A DNA stretch of 63,626 bases, filler included. It is 4 parts of 4 records of this genome, joined end to end, with 100 filler letters (N's around TTAATTAATTAA, not from the genome) between each part and the next. Parts side by side here need not be neighbours in the genome. Positions count along the whole stretch, not along the records: positions 49,174 to 57,630 come from DRR723986_12867; positions 57,731 to 63,626 come from DRR723986_12880; 2 more parts are not named here. The stretch is one strand, 5' to 3'. A program made the position numbers and the translations under genes. Below, one piece after another: positions 51,769-60,839 of the stretch; position 1 is the stretch's first letter; each line of letters begins with the position of its first letter. The notes under the pieces are model-generated. The model saw only the letters and a list, made by a program, of their open reading frames with translations, was not told the DNA's origin and made no database searches.

Positions 51769-52800
51769 TCAGATCACTTGCCCGCGCTGATCCTCACGGC
51801 CCATGGACACGAGCAGCTGCTTTTCAGCCTGAACGGCCTCGAACCCTGCCCTGTCTTCCATGCCCTGCCACTGGGCCAGCACCAGCGATTGCGCCACGGC
51901 CCCGCCGAGAGTTCCGCCGGGGCCGGTGACGATGAACAGATCGGGGGCGAATTCCCGCGCTGCCGTGCGGATCGCGGCGGTGAAATCGTAGGTCTCGCAA
52001 ACCTGCGTGTCGAACGTGTAGCGCCACAGCGCCTCGATATCCGCAGCCCCCGGCCACCAGATCGATCCGCGCCCGTCGATCAGCGGTTTGTTCGGCTGTC
52101 GAAACAGGGAAACGGGCAGGGCGGCGCGGCCCATTTCGGCCACCGGGGCCTGCATGACCGTATGAAAAGCCGCGTGATTTGCCAGCCGCATGGGGAAGCG
52201 GCCCCCGATCGCGGGAACGGCCGCTTCGAACGCTGACAGCCCGGCCTCATCGCCGGCCAGCACCAACATGCCGCCAAGGTCGATAGACAGGTGCAGGGTG
52301 TGGCCGGGCTTGGCGTTGATGTCTGCAACCCGCGCCAGCAGCTCTGCCTTGCGGGCCATATCCGCCCGCCAGTCGTCGCCCATCCACGGATAGACCAGTT
52401 GCCCGCCAATGAGATGCTCCTGCATCAGGCTGCCCATGGTGTCGACAACGCGAAAGCCGTCCTCGGGGGTCAGAGCGCCACCAGCGGCGAGCGCCAGATA
52501 CCAGCCCATGGAATTGCCGGTCACGGCCACGACCTCAATACCGTCGGCCAGAGCAGCCGCATCGGCCAGAGAACAGGCGCAGATCAGCGGTGAGGCGACG
52601 TCACCGCGCGAGTATTTCGAGACGCTGAATTTCGCCGCTCCGTCCAGCGCGGAGAGTGTTTCCCGACCCGCTTCAGCCCGGATTGCATCGAACCGCGAGA
52701 TCAGCTCTGCGCGCGTGGCGTGGTGACGTGCCAGATACCCCAGTTCAGGGGCATTATAGGTGCCCCGCCCGGGGCAGATCAGAACCGCCTTGCGTGTCAT
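51769..52800 (-). CDS. FabD-like (ACP S-malonyltransferase family) acyltransferase, divergent
   Basis: CPGRG (cf. FPGQG), GNSMG (cf. GHSxG), NHAAFH, GPGGTL; ATG overlaps the upstream stop (ATGA). Confidence 0.85.
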   Translation of the reverse strand: MTRKAVLICPGRGTYNAPELGYLARHHATRAELISRFDAIRAEAGRETLSALDGAAKFSVSKYSRGDVASPLICACSLADAAALADGIEVVAVTGNSMGWYLALAAGGALTPEDGFRVVDTMGSLMQEHLIGGQLVYPWMGDDWRADMARKAELLARVADINAKPGHTLHLSIDLGGMLVLAGDEAGLSAFEAAVPAIGGRFPMRLANHAAFHTVMQAPVAEMGRAALPVSLFRQPNKPLIDGRGSIWWPGAADIEALWRYTFDTQVCETYDFTAAIRTAAREFAPDLFIVTGPGGTLGGAVAQSLVLAQWQGMEDRAGFEAVQAEKQLLVSMGREDQRGQVI

Positions 52801-54986
52801 GCCATCCCCCCCGCCAGAGCTTTCGCCGCCGTGTAGATTCCGTCCGCAGAAGGCAGGGTCGCGCCATAGGCGGGACCGGTGGCGATAAAGCTGTCCTCGG
52901 CCGTCACCCGCGCGAAACTGCCGATCCCGGCCTCGTGCAGATGCGCCATCAGCGCCTCGGCTTGTCCGCCGGTAAAGCGGCATTCATCGACCACCAGCAC
53001 ATGCGCGCAGCCACGCACAGCCTCGATCATTGCGTTCACGGGCAGGGGGGCCAGCCAGCGCAGGTCGATGACGCGGGTTCGCACCCCGTCCGCCTCCAGC
53101 CGCGCCTGCGCCTGCCGTGACAGGTAGTGGCCGTTGCCATAGGTGATAATCGCCAGATCCTGCCCGTCGCCATGTTGGCCGATCTCTCCGATACCTATCC
53201 GCCGATCCGGCGCGGGGTAGGTCGTCATCCAGCCGCCATCGCCAGCCTCGTGCAGGTCGCGCATGGGGTAGAGCGAAATCGGTTCCACGAAGACCACCAG
53301 CCGCTGTTCTTCCCGCGCCAGCCGCACGCATTCGCGCAACATGCCTGCGGCGTCTTCGCCGGTGGAGGGGCAGGCAAGGATGAGCCCCGGAATATCGCGC
53401 AGCACGGCCAGCGAGTTGTCATTGTGGAAATGCCCGCCAAAGCCCTTTTGGTAGCCAAGCCCGGCAATGCGCACCACCATCGGGTTGGTGAACTGACCGT
53501 TGGAGAAGAAGGGCAGAGTGGCGGCCTCGCCCCGCAGTTGGTCCTCGGCATTGTGCAGATAGGCGAGGAACTGGATTTCGGGAATGGGCACGAAGCCATT
53601 GCCCGCCATGCCGATGGCGTTGCCAAGGATGGATTGCTCATCCAGCAGCGTGTCGATCACCCGGTCGGGACCATAGCGCTGTTGCAGCTTTTGCGTCACG
53701 CCATAGACGCCGCCCTTGCGGCCCACATCCTCGCCCATCAGGACGATCTCGCCGTGTTCCAGCATCAGATCGGTGAGCGCGAGGTTGAGGATTTTCGACA
53801 GCGGCTGCGGCGTTTCCGTGGCCCGAAGGTCCGCCCCGAACACAGCCGCCCGCGCCTCTGCCGAAGGGCCATTCGTCGGCGCACAGTCCCGTTTCGGGGG
53901 GATGATGCTGGCCATCACGCCCGCCGCGTCCTGTAGGCGGGGGCGGGTTACAGCCTGCTCGGCCACGCGAGTGACGCGGGCGTTTGTCTCTTCGTAGATC
54001 GCCAGCGCGTCCTTGGCGGGTAGGGCGCCTGAGGCGTCCAGCAGCCGGGCGGAATGCAGCAACGGATCATTTGCCTCGCCCGCCTCGACCTCTTCTTTCG
54101 ACAGGTAGCTCAGCGCCACATCCGCGCCCGCATGACCGTAGAGCCGGACGGTGCGCAGGTGCAGGAACGCGGGTTTCCGGCGGGTGCGCATGTAGTCTGC
54201 GGCCTCCTGCGCGACCTTGTAGGTCTCGTAGATATCCAGCCCGTCGGCGCTGAAATACCTGATGCCGGGTCGGTGGCGCATGCTGGCTTCGATCCAGCCT
54301 GTCGGTGTCTTGACCGAGATGCCGATGCCGTTGTCCTCGCACACGAAAAGCAGCGGCAGCGGCGTGGATTGAACAGATGTCCAGCCCGCCGTGTTGATGG
54401 CACCTTGGGCGGTGGAATGGTTGGCGGAGGCATCGCCAAAGCTGCACATGACAATGGCGTCGTCTTCATAGAGCTTGTGTTCCGGCGGGTGACGGCGCGC
54501 AAGGCCGATGGAAAACGCCGCGCCGACCGCCTTGGGCAGGTGGCTGGCAATTGTCGAGGTCTGGGGCGGGATCATCAACTCGCGGCTGCCAAGCACCTTG
54601 TGCCGCCCGCCAGAGATTGGGTCTTCGGAAGAACAGGAAAACGACAGCAGCATGTCCCAGGTGATGTTTTGTCCCGGCACCTGCGAACTGCGCGCGATCT
54701 GAAAGGCGGCGTCGCGGTAATGCAGAAAGGCCGGGTCGGTGGGGCGCAGCGCGGCGGCGACGGCGGCCATGCCTTCATGCCCGGATGAGCCGATGGTGTA
54801 GAACCCCTGACCGGCCTTTTGCATTGCCCGGCTTTCCCGGTCTAGCGCGCGGGACAGGCATTGCGCCCGGTAGATTGACACCGCCAGCGGCGCGGGCAGG
54901 CCGGGCGCGGGGGGTTGCCCGGCGGGGAAATCGCGGGCGGGCACGCGGGTCAGGAAATTGTCGTGAACGATTTCGGCACGGTCCAT
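52797..54986 (-). CDS. Fused 2-oxoacid dehydrogenase E1 alpha/beta (ThDP-dependent)
   Basis: GHE, YRD, GDA...EDN ThDP motif, RLYGHAGAD; beta part GEDVG, DTLLDEQ, EIQFLAY, GGHFH, IDLRWL. Confidence 0.92.
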   Translation of the reverse strand: MDRAEIVHDNFLTRVPARDFPAGQPPAPGLPAPLAVSIYRAQCLSRALDRESRAMQKAGQGFYTIGSSGHEGMAAVAAALRPTDPAFLHYRDAAFQIARSSQVPGQNITWDMLLSFSCSSEDPISGGRHKVLGSRELMIPPQTSTIASHLPKAVGAAFSIGLARRHPPEHKLYEDDAIVMCSFGDASANHSTAQGAINTAGWTSVQSTPLPLLFVCEDNGIGISVKTPTGWIEASMRHRPGIRYFSADGLDIYETYKVAQEAADYMRTRRKPAFLHLRTVRLYGHAGADVALSYLSKEEVEAGEANDPLLHSARLLDASGALPAKDALAIYEETNARVTRVAEQAVTRPRLQDAAGVMASIIPPKRDCAPTNGPSAEARAAVFGADLRATETPQPLSKILNLALTDLMLEHGEIVLMGEDVGRKGGVYGVTQKLQQRYGPDRVIDTLLDEQSILGNAIGMAGNGFVPIPEIQFLAYLHNAEDQLRGEAATLPFFSNGQFTNPMVVRIAGLGYQKGFGGHFHNDNSLAVLRDIPGLILACPSTGEDAAGMLRECVRLAREEQRLVVFVEPISLYPMRDLHEAGDGGWMTTYPAPDRRIGIGEIGQHGDGQDLAIITYGNGHYLSRQAQARLEADGVRTRVIDLRWLAPLPVNAMIEAVRGCAHVLVVDECRFTGGQAEALMAHLHEAGIGSFARVTAEDSFIATGPAYGATLPSADGIYTAAKALAGGMA

Positions 54987-55124
54987 CAGGGGGCCTTTGC
55001 TTGAGTGTGCCGTGCGCTTTCGTTGATCCCGGCGCAGGCGGTCGTTGGGGGTCACGCAAGAAATAAGCGTGTTTACACGGGAAGGCCAATGATGAATTCT
55101 CCGATCAGTTGGAGAAAAACTCAC

Positions 55125-56006
55125 ATGATTGCCTCTCGCCGCTTTCTGCCATCCCTTCCTTCGATGCTGGCGTTGGAGGCCGTGGACCGGCTTGGCAGCG
55201 CCACGGCTGCGGCGGAAGAGTTATCGCTGACCCACAGCGCCGTCAGCCGTCAGATCAAGGTGCTGGAGGACCAGTTGGGTGTAACGCTGGTGCAGCCGGG
55301 GCGTGGCGGGCTGCGGTTGACGCCTGCTGCGGTGGACTATTGCCAGACATTGCGCGAAAGCCTGACGGCGCTGTCGCGGGCGTCGCTGCGGCTGAAGGCG
55401 AACCCGGATGGCGGCAGTCTGGATCTGTCGATCCTACCCGCCTTCGGCATCCACTGGCTGGCACCCCGCTTGCGCCGCTTCAGCCTTGCGCATCCAGAGG
55501 TGTCGCTGAACCTGTCGACGCGGTTGCGGCCCTTCGACTTCGCCCGCGAAAGCTTTGACGCGGCGGTGCATTTCGGCGCACAAGACTGGCCCGGCGTATC
55601 CTATCTGAAGATTGCGGGTGAGGAGGTGCTGCCGGTCTGCGCGCCGGGTCTGCTGACTGCGCCGCTGGACAGGCCAGAGGCGTTGCTGGACCTGCCGCTT
55701 TTGCATCTCGATACCCGCGCCAGCGCGTGGGAGGACTGGTTCCGCCACCAGGGCGTCGATGTCAGCGCGCCGCGCGGCATGTTGTTCGACCAGTTCACCA
55801 CCATCGCTCAGGCCGCCGCGCTGGAGATGGGGGTGGCGCTGCTGCCCACCTTTCTGGCCGAAGCGGAAATAGCGCACGGTCGGCTGGTGGTGGCCTTTGG
55901 CGGGCCGGTGACCTCGACCGGCAGTTACTATCTTGTGTGGCCCAATGACCGGCCCATGCGCGCACCGCTGGAACGGTTCGCGGATTGGATCCGGTCGAAC
56001 CTGTAG
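55125..56006 (+). CDS. LysR-family regulator (GcvA-like)
   Basis: AAAEELSLTHSAVSRQIKVLE HTH; WLAPRL, GVALLP; divergent from the E1 gene. Confidence 0.95.
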   Translation: MIASRRFLPSLPSMLALEAVDRLGSATAAAEELSLTHSAVSRQIKVLEDQLGVTLVQPGRGGLRLTPAAVDYCQTLRESLTALSRASLRLKANPDGGSLDLSILPAFGIHWLAPRLRRFSLAHPEVSLNLSTRLRPFDFARESFDAAVHFGAQDWPGVSYLKIAGEEVLPVCAPGLLTAPLDRPEALLDLPLLHLDTRASAWEDWFRHQGVDVSAPRGMLFDQFTTIAQAAALEMGVALLPTFLAEAEIAHGRLVVAFGGPVTSTGSYYLVWPNDRPMRAPLERFADWIRSNL

Positions 56007-56010
56007 CGCG

Positions 56011-57126
56011 TCAGCCGAAGGGCAGGGCGCTTTGCCTGGCGGCGCGGGCTCCGTCGGGCAGCGCGACGCTTAAGCCGCCCGCATTGTCTTCAATATCCGC
56101 GCGGATCAGGCCGACGCCGATATTCAGCCCCAACCGGCGCGACCACGCTACCTCGCTGACATGGCCGACTGGCTGGCCGTCTTGCAGCAGCGCCACCGGG
56201 TGACCGTTCGACAGCACTGGCTCGCCTTCCAGCACCAGGCCTGTACGGCGGCGCGCGGGCCCCTGCGCCGCGATCCGTTCCAGTGCGGCGCGCCCGATGA
56301 ACTCATGCCCGGCGGCAAGGTCGATTAGCGGACCGAACCCCATCTCGTAGGGGTTGGTCGGATGGGTTTGCCGACGCATATCCGCGCCGTAGGAGATCAG
56401 CCCGCTTTCCAGACGTTCCGTGTCATTGGGGGCACCGGGGCCGATGCCAAAGGGCTGGCCCGCCTGCTTGACCGCCTGCCACAGATCCAAACCCCGGCTG
56501 CCATCCGTCAAGTAGAGTTCATACCCGCCCTGTTTCGACCAGCCCGACCGCGCCAGCACCAGCGGGATGTCGTTCAGATCGGTTTCGCGGAACCCGAAAT
56601 AGCGCAGATCGCGCACCCAGTCCCCGAACAGCGCGGCGGTCACGTCTTCCGCCCTCGGCCCCTGAATCGCCAGCGGCGAGACATCAGGTTCAAACACCTG
56701 CACATCCAGGCCCCGTTCGCGTGCTACGGCGGCGGCCCAGAGGTGAATGTCGCTGTCGGCCACAGACAGCCAATAGCGGTCGTCGGCCAGTTTCAGCAGC
56801 ACCGGGTCGTTGATCAGCCAGCCATCGTGATCGCAGAGCGGCACATAGCGGCCCTGGCCGACCTTGGTGGACGCCAGATTGCGCGGCGTCAGGTATTGTG
56901 CCAGCGCGCCTGCGTCCGGCCCTGCCAGTTCCACCTGCCGTTGCGCGGCCACGTCCCACATGGCGACGCCATGCAGTAACCGGTCATATTCACCCTCGGG
57001 GTCACCGAAATGGCCGGGGATATACATGTGGTTGTAGACCGAGAACGACCGAACCCCATCAGCCACCGTCGCGTCGAAATAGGCTGATTTGCGGATGTTG
57101 GGGCCAATATTGATTTCAAATGGCAT
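56011..57126 (-). CDS. GcvT-family THF-dependent demethylase, DmdA-like
   Basis: VYNHM, WDVA..RQV, NDPV, EPDVSPLAIQGP, ARSGWSKQGG, ERLESGLISYG; ATG at 57126. Confidence 0.88.
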   Translation of the reverse strand: MPFEINIGPNIRKSAYFDATVADGVRSFSVYNHMYIPGHFGDPEGEYDRLLHGVAMWDVAAQRQVELAGPDAGALAQYLTPRNLASTKVGQGRYVPLCDHDGWLINDPVLLKLADDRYWLSVADSDIHLWAAAVARERGLDVQVFEPDVSPLAIQGPRAEDVTAALFGDWVRDLRYFGFRETDLNDIPLVLARSGWSKQGGYELYLTDGSRGLDLWQAVKQAGQPFGIGPGAPNDTERLESGLISYGADMRRQTHPTNPYEMGFGPLIDLAAGHEFIGRAALERIAAQGPARRRTGLVLEGEPVLSNGHPVALLQDGQPVGHVSEVAWSRRLGLNIGVGLIRADIEDNAGGLSVALPDGARAARQSALPFG

Positions 57127-57601
57127 GGAAGACCTGCAGCTGGCACTGATACCCTTGGGCGGATACTTGTCAGTTATGCCCCGGACTTCCAAGCCCTTCG
57201 GCAAGCGGAGTCTGACACAGGTTGGATATCTGTCGGACCAGGTGGAGGCGAGAGGCGGTCCACATCGCATGGATCTGGAGGTGAGACTGTAGACTGCCCG
57301 GACGGGTTTCTGTTCTGCGCCCAAACCAAACCCCACGTGATGAAGCCGATCAACTCGTCACCATGAGTACCACGGACGATCAGGTTATCCAGCTTCCGCT
57401 CGTTGTTCACAGTCACAGTTTCTGTGCCGTAATTCATGCTGCCAATTTTCCGGTAAGTGCCAGCATATCAAACTATTGCTGGACGGCATGGACTGCTGCA
57501 GCGGAAAACGGTCGTGACCTGCGCACGAATTGTGCACAGCAGCGCGTTGGCTATATGTTGTGGTCAGTTTGCGCAAATACAGCGTTTTCCGCTACATTTT
57601 G

Positions 57602-57630
57602 TGGAGGCGAGTACCGGAATCGAACCGGTG
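57602..57630 (-). tRNA. tRNA-Cys 3' portion (truncated by the contig end, or an att-site duplicate)
   Basis: Minus strand CACCGGTTCGATTCCGGTACTCGCCTCCA: T-arm, acceptor strand, U discriminator and CCA; anticodon not visible. Confidence 0.75.
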
Positions 57631-57730
57631 NNNNNNNNNNNNNNNNNNNNNNNNNNNNNNNNNNNNNNNNNNNNTTAATTAATTAANNNNNNNNNNNNNN
57701 NNNNNNNNNNNNNNNNNNNNNNNNNNNNNN
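57631..57730. other. Artificial contig spacer
   Basis: N44-TTAATTAATTAA-N44. Confidence 0.99.
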
Positions 57731-57826
57731 GCCGCCCAACTGAGCTGGCGATGCGGTCCAGAGACTGCATCGTCAGCCGCTACCTGCCAGCCAGACGAAC
57801 CTTCACATTCCGCGCCATATCTGTCG

Positions 57827-59245
57827 TTAACTTGCGTTTCTCGTATTGCTGGCTCTGTCGAGTGCCGCTCTCACGGGAAAGACGAGCAACACGAGCTGAA
57901 GACCAGCGAAGCCAACCAGCACTAACCACCACGATGTCGTGGACAAGTCGCCGGTCTGGGCGGCAAGGATTCCCATTCCACCGACTGCAACCGCCGACAC
58001 ACCGGTGGCGAACAAGATAGGGCTAGTCCGGCCAAGCCCTTTGCAAATGGCTGCGGCAGACAAGCCTACAATGTCGAACGCGGCGTAGATGGCGGCCAGT
58101 CGTAGCAATCCGACCGCAATTGGCTCAAGTACTCTACGCTCAAGGGCTTCTACCCCTAGCATCGGTACGACGACAAGGAAGTCCGGCAGTAGGAGCAGCA
58201 TGCCGCCGATGATCGCAGCGGTCGCCATTGCTACTCGCATACACATCACGGCAACTTGTCCCCTTAGTACACCGTGGTGCGGCGGCGTGGTGCTCTGCCC
58301 AACCAGGACTGTTATGGCCGTTGTCAATCCGAGGGCTGGGATTGACAACAATTGGTACAGACTCATCGCCGCCGAGGTGGCTGCCAGTCCAACCACTGAG
58401 GCGGTCCCAATGTTCAGCAACACGAAACTCAAGAACCCCGAACGAACCAACTGTTGGATTCCCAAGGTAGAACCGGGGCCGACAATTTCCCACATTACCG
58501 TGGGCTTGGGATACCAAGATCGGCGTGATCTCGGCGAGCTGCGGTAGGCTTTGAACAGCATAGCTATGAAGATGCAAACTTTGATCCACATAGCTACCGC
58601 GGTAGCAATTGCCGCTCCGCGAACCCCGAGTGCTGGTACCCCCAATCCGCCGAAAATCAGCCACGCGTCGAGGACAATGTTGATTGCTGCTGATGCGATA
58701 TTGGTTATCAAAATTGGACGTGTGACGCGTCGAGCGACGAAATAGGACGTCAGTGTTGCTTCCAGCATCGAGGCTGGGGCGACAGCGATCAAAAGTTGGA
58801 AGTACCTTGCTTCCGCGTCGGCCAACTCAGCCTCGTGACCGAAACTGATGAATATAGATTTAGCCATCACCGCCAATGCCACGTAGCCTGGGATCGAAGC
58901 GACCGTCAACCAAACACCCTGCCAAACCAAACTCCAAACTCTCGTTGAGGCCTCTCGTCGGCCGCCAACGGCAATTGCAACTAGCGGCGTGATGAACCCG
59001 AGCGCGGAGACAGGTACACAGGCGAACGTCCAGTATAAATTGCCGGCGGCTACTGACGCAGCAGAAGATGTTGGTCCGTACCACATCAGCAGTGTTCGAT
59101 CCGTAAACAGAGTGATCGAAAAACAGCCAACGGTCAGAGCAAGCGGTAGAGCTAGTCGCATCAACGCACTGACGCCAAAGCCATGGCTATTTGTGGTCAC
59201 GCTGTCGCTGAAAGTCTCTTGTTGAGCTGAATCGTTCAACGCCAA
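57827..59245 (-). CDS. MATE/MOP-family transporter (efflux pump or flippase)
   Basis: RLALPL, TDR, INIVLDAWLIFGGLGVPALGVRGAAIAT; about 12 TM helices; start uncertain. Confidence 0.88.
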   Translation of the reverse strand: MALNDSAQQETFSDSVTTNSHGFGVSALMRLALPLALTVGCFSITLFTDRTLLMWYGPTSSAASVAAGNLYWTFACVPVSALGFITPLVAIAVGGRREASTRVWSLVWQGVWLTVASIPGYVALAVMAKSIFISFGHEAELADAEARYFQLLIAVAPASMLEATLTSYFVARRVTRPILITNIASAAINIVLDAWLIFGGLGVPALGVRGAAIATAVAMWIKVCIFIAMLFKAYRSSPRSRRSWYPKPTVMWEIVGPGSTLGIQQLVRSGFLSFVLLNIGTASVVGLAATSAAMSLYQLLSIPALGLTTAITVLVGQSTTPPHHGVLRGQVAVMCMRVAMATAAIIGGMLLLLPDFLVVVPMLGVEALERRVLEPIAVGLLRLAAIYAAFDIVGLSAAAICKGLGRTSPILFATGVSAVAVGGMGILAAQTGDLSTTSWWLVLVGFAGLQLVLLVFPVRAALDRASNTRNAS

Positions 59246-59300
59246 TCATCGGGTTTGAGGAAGCACGAGCTGTTCAGTCTTTGTCGAGCCTTTCGCGGTA

Positions 59301-59316
59301 CGCAACTTTTGCGCCG
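59301..59316 (-). promoter_or_regulatory. Candidate sigma54 (-24/-12) promoter for the MATE gene
   Basis: Minus strand CGGCGCAAAAGTTGCG with correct GG-N10-GC spacing. Confidence 0.45.
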
Positions 59317-59600
59317 AAACGGTCCGGCAGTTGCTTGACCGCCTCGCATCGACCACTCCCATATCCGTGAAATCACACAGGACCGTTTCGCATGTTGAAG
59401 TTCGCAGTTGCCAGCCTACATGTACGTCGCCCAACTCAATGGTCCATCTGTCGGCACATCATTAACGTGGGCGGGCGGATCGACGGTATCGAAAAGCTCG
59501 CTCACCAGTGCGGATTGATTGGTATGCAGACCGAGGGGCTAGCAAGCGTGCCATTACCCGACGCGGCGGTGGACGTCTGCGGCATAAGGGGGCGACAGCG

Positions 59601-60839
59601 ATGAGGCCATTGCACGCCGGTTTCTACGCCCACTACCACGGACGCGGCCACAAGCACCGGACTGAAGCGATTTTACAGCACATCCAGATTCCCGCGACGG
59701 TCATCACTAGCCGCATCGCTACGTTGCCATGGTCAGGATCAACATTGCAAGAGGTTGTCGAAATTGCTTGCGACATCGACGATGTTCCCCCAAACGGGCT
59801 TGATCACGCACGCGACGTTCCCGCGCTGCACTATGCGCCTCTTTGGACGGACACCATTACGCGTCGTGTCGCGCAGTACACTGGATGGATTGCTAGAGCA
59901 CAACCTGATGTTATCGTCGTTGACGTGTCCGCCGAAATCAGCATGTTGACCCGTCTGGCATCTGTTCCTCAGATCGTAATGCGTCAACACGGCGACCGTA
60001 GCGATCCAGGGCATTTAACCGCCTACGCGGCTGCTCATTCCGTGCTAGCGCCGTTCCCACGTCTGATGGAAGACGAATGTACTCCCGAGTGGGTTCAGGC
60101 CAAGACGATCTACCTTGACGGTTTTCGTAAGCCTCCAAAAATCGGCCGGGCACCGATCGCCTTTACTCGTCCGACGATCGTTGTTCTGTTCGGTCAAGGC
60201 GGGAAGGCGGACCGGCGCAAGCAATTAGCTCAAGCAGCCTCGGCGGCTCAAGACTACGATTGGGTCGTGGTGGGTAAGTCCTCACCGCACGGCTCGGCAT
60301 TGCCGCGGAACTTGCGGTATGCAGGCTGGACCGAAGAGCCAGATCGCTACACTGCCAACGCCGAAATTGTCGTGACCGCTGCGGGCCACAACAGCGTGAT
60401 GGAACTGGGAGCAGCCCGGAAGCGGATGATTGCCATTGCGGAGCCGCGGCCTTTCGACGAACAGAATCGAAAAGTGGCTGTTCTCGATCGAGAAGCGCTG
60501 GCGGTTGGCATTCCTTGGTGGCCCAAGGAAACGGAGTGGCGAGAACTAATTAGACGAGCACTTGCTTTGGACGTCTGCCGGTGGAACGCTGTATTTGCCA
60601 GCGATGGTGCACAGACGGCTGCTGAGTACATCACCGAAGTCGCGCTGTGGTCACGCAAGCAACGTGAAGTCGCAACCTGTGTTCGGGAATCGGTCGCCGC
60701 TGATCTGGAATCAACGCCAGACACCTGCGCCGAGAGCAATGCTCCCGGACGTAATGATTTGTGTTCCAAAAAGATGTCGGCGACTCACGGGTCAATTCAA
60801 ACTGATTTTCCGAGGGATAGATGGCAACCAGCGTGTTAA
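59601..60839 (+). CDS. GT-B glycosyltransferase (GT28/MurG C-terminal-like)
   Basis: YAHYHGRGH, VVDVSAE, AAGHNSVME, PRPFDEQ. Confidence 0.85.
   Translation: MRPLHAGFYAHYHGRGHKHRTEAILQHIQIPATVITSRIATLPWSGSTLQEVVEIACDIDDVPPNGLDHARDVPALHYAPLWTDTITRRVAQYTGWIARAQPDVIVVDVSAEISMLTRLASVPQIVMRQHGDRSDPGHLTAYAAAHSVLAPFPRLMEDECTPEWVQAKTIYLDGFRKPPKIGRAPIAFTRPTIVVLFGQGGKADRRKQLAQAASAAQDYDWVVVGKSSPHGSALPRNLRYAGWTEEPDRYTANAEIVVTAAGHNSVMELGAARKRMIAIAEPRPFDEQNRKVAVLDREALAVGIPWWPKETEWRELIRRALALDVCRWNAVFASDGAQTAAEYITEVALWSRKQREVATCVRESVAADLESTPDTCAESNAPGRNDLCSKKMSATHGSIQTDFPRDRWQPAC

Noticed and set aside
52879-54788. Many overlapping 100-270-aa ORFs across the E1 gene
   Set aside because: Expected alternate-frame and antisense ORFs in high-GC DNA
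51769-54986. PKS or fatty-acid synthase cluster
   Set aside because: No ketosynthase, ACP or reductase on the contig
49175-57126. Single catabolic operon linking hutU, PhyH, E1/AT and the DmdA-like gene
   Set aside because: The genes form separate convergent units with hairpins between some of them; a functional link is unsupported by sequence alone
57127-57437. N-terminal extension of the DmdA-like ORF to 57336 and the 87-aa ORF 57174-57437
   Set aside because: Family similarity begins at Met 57126; the extension and small ORF show no recognisable features
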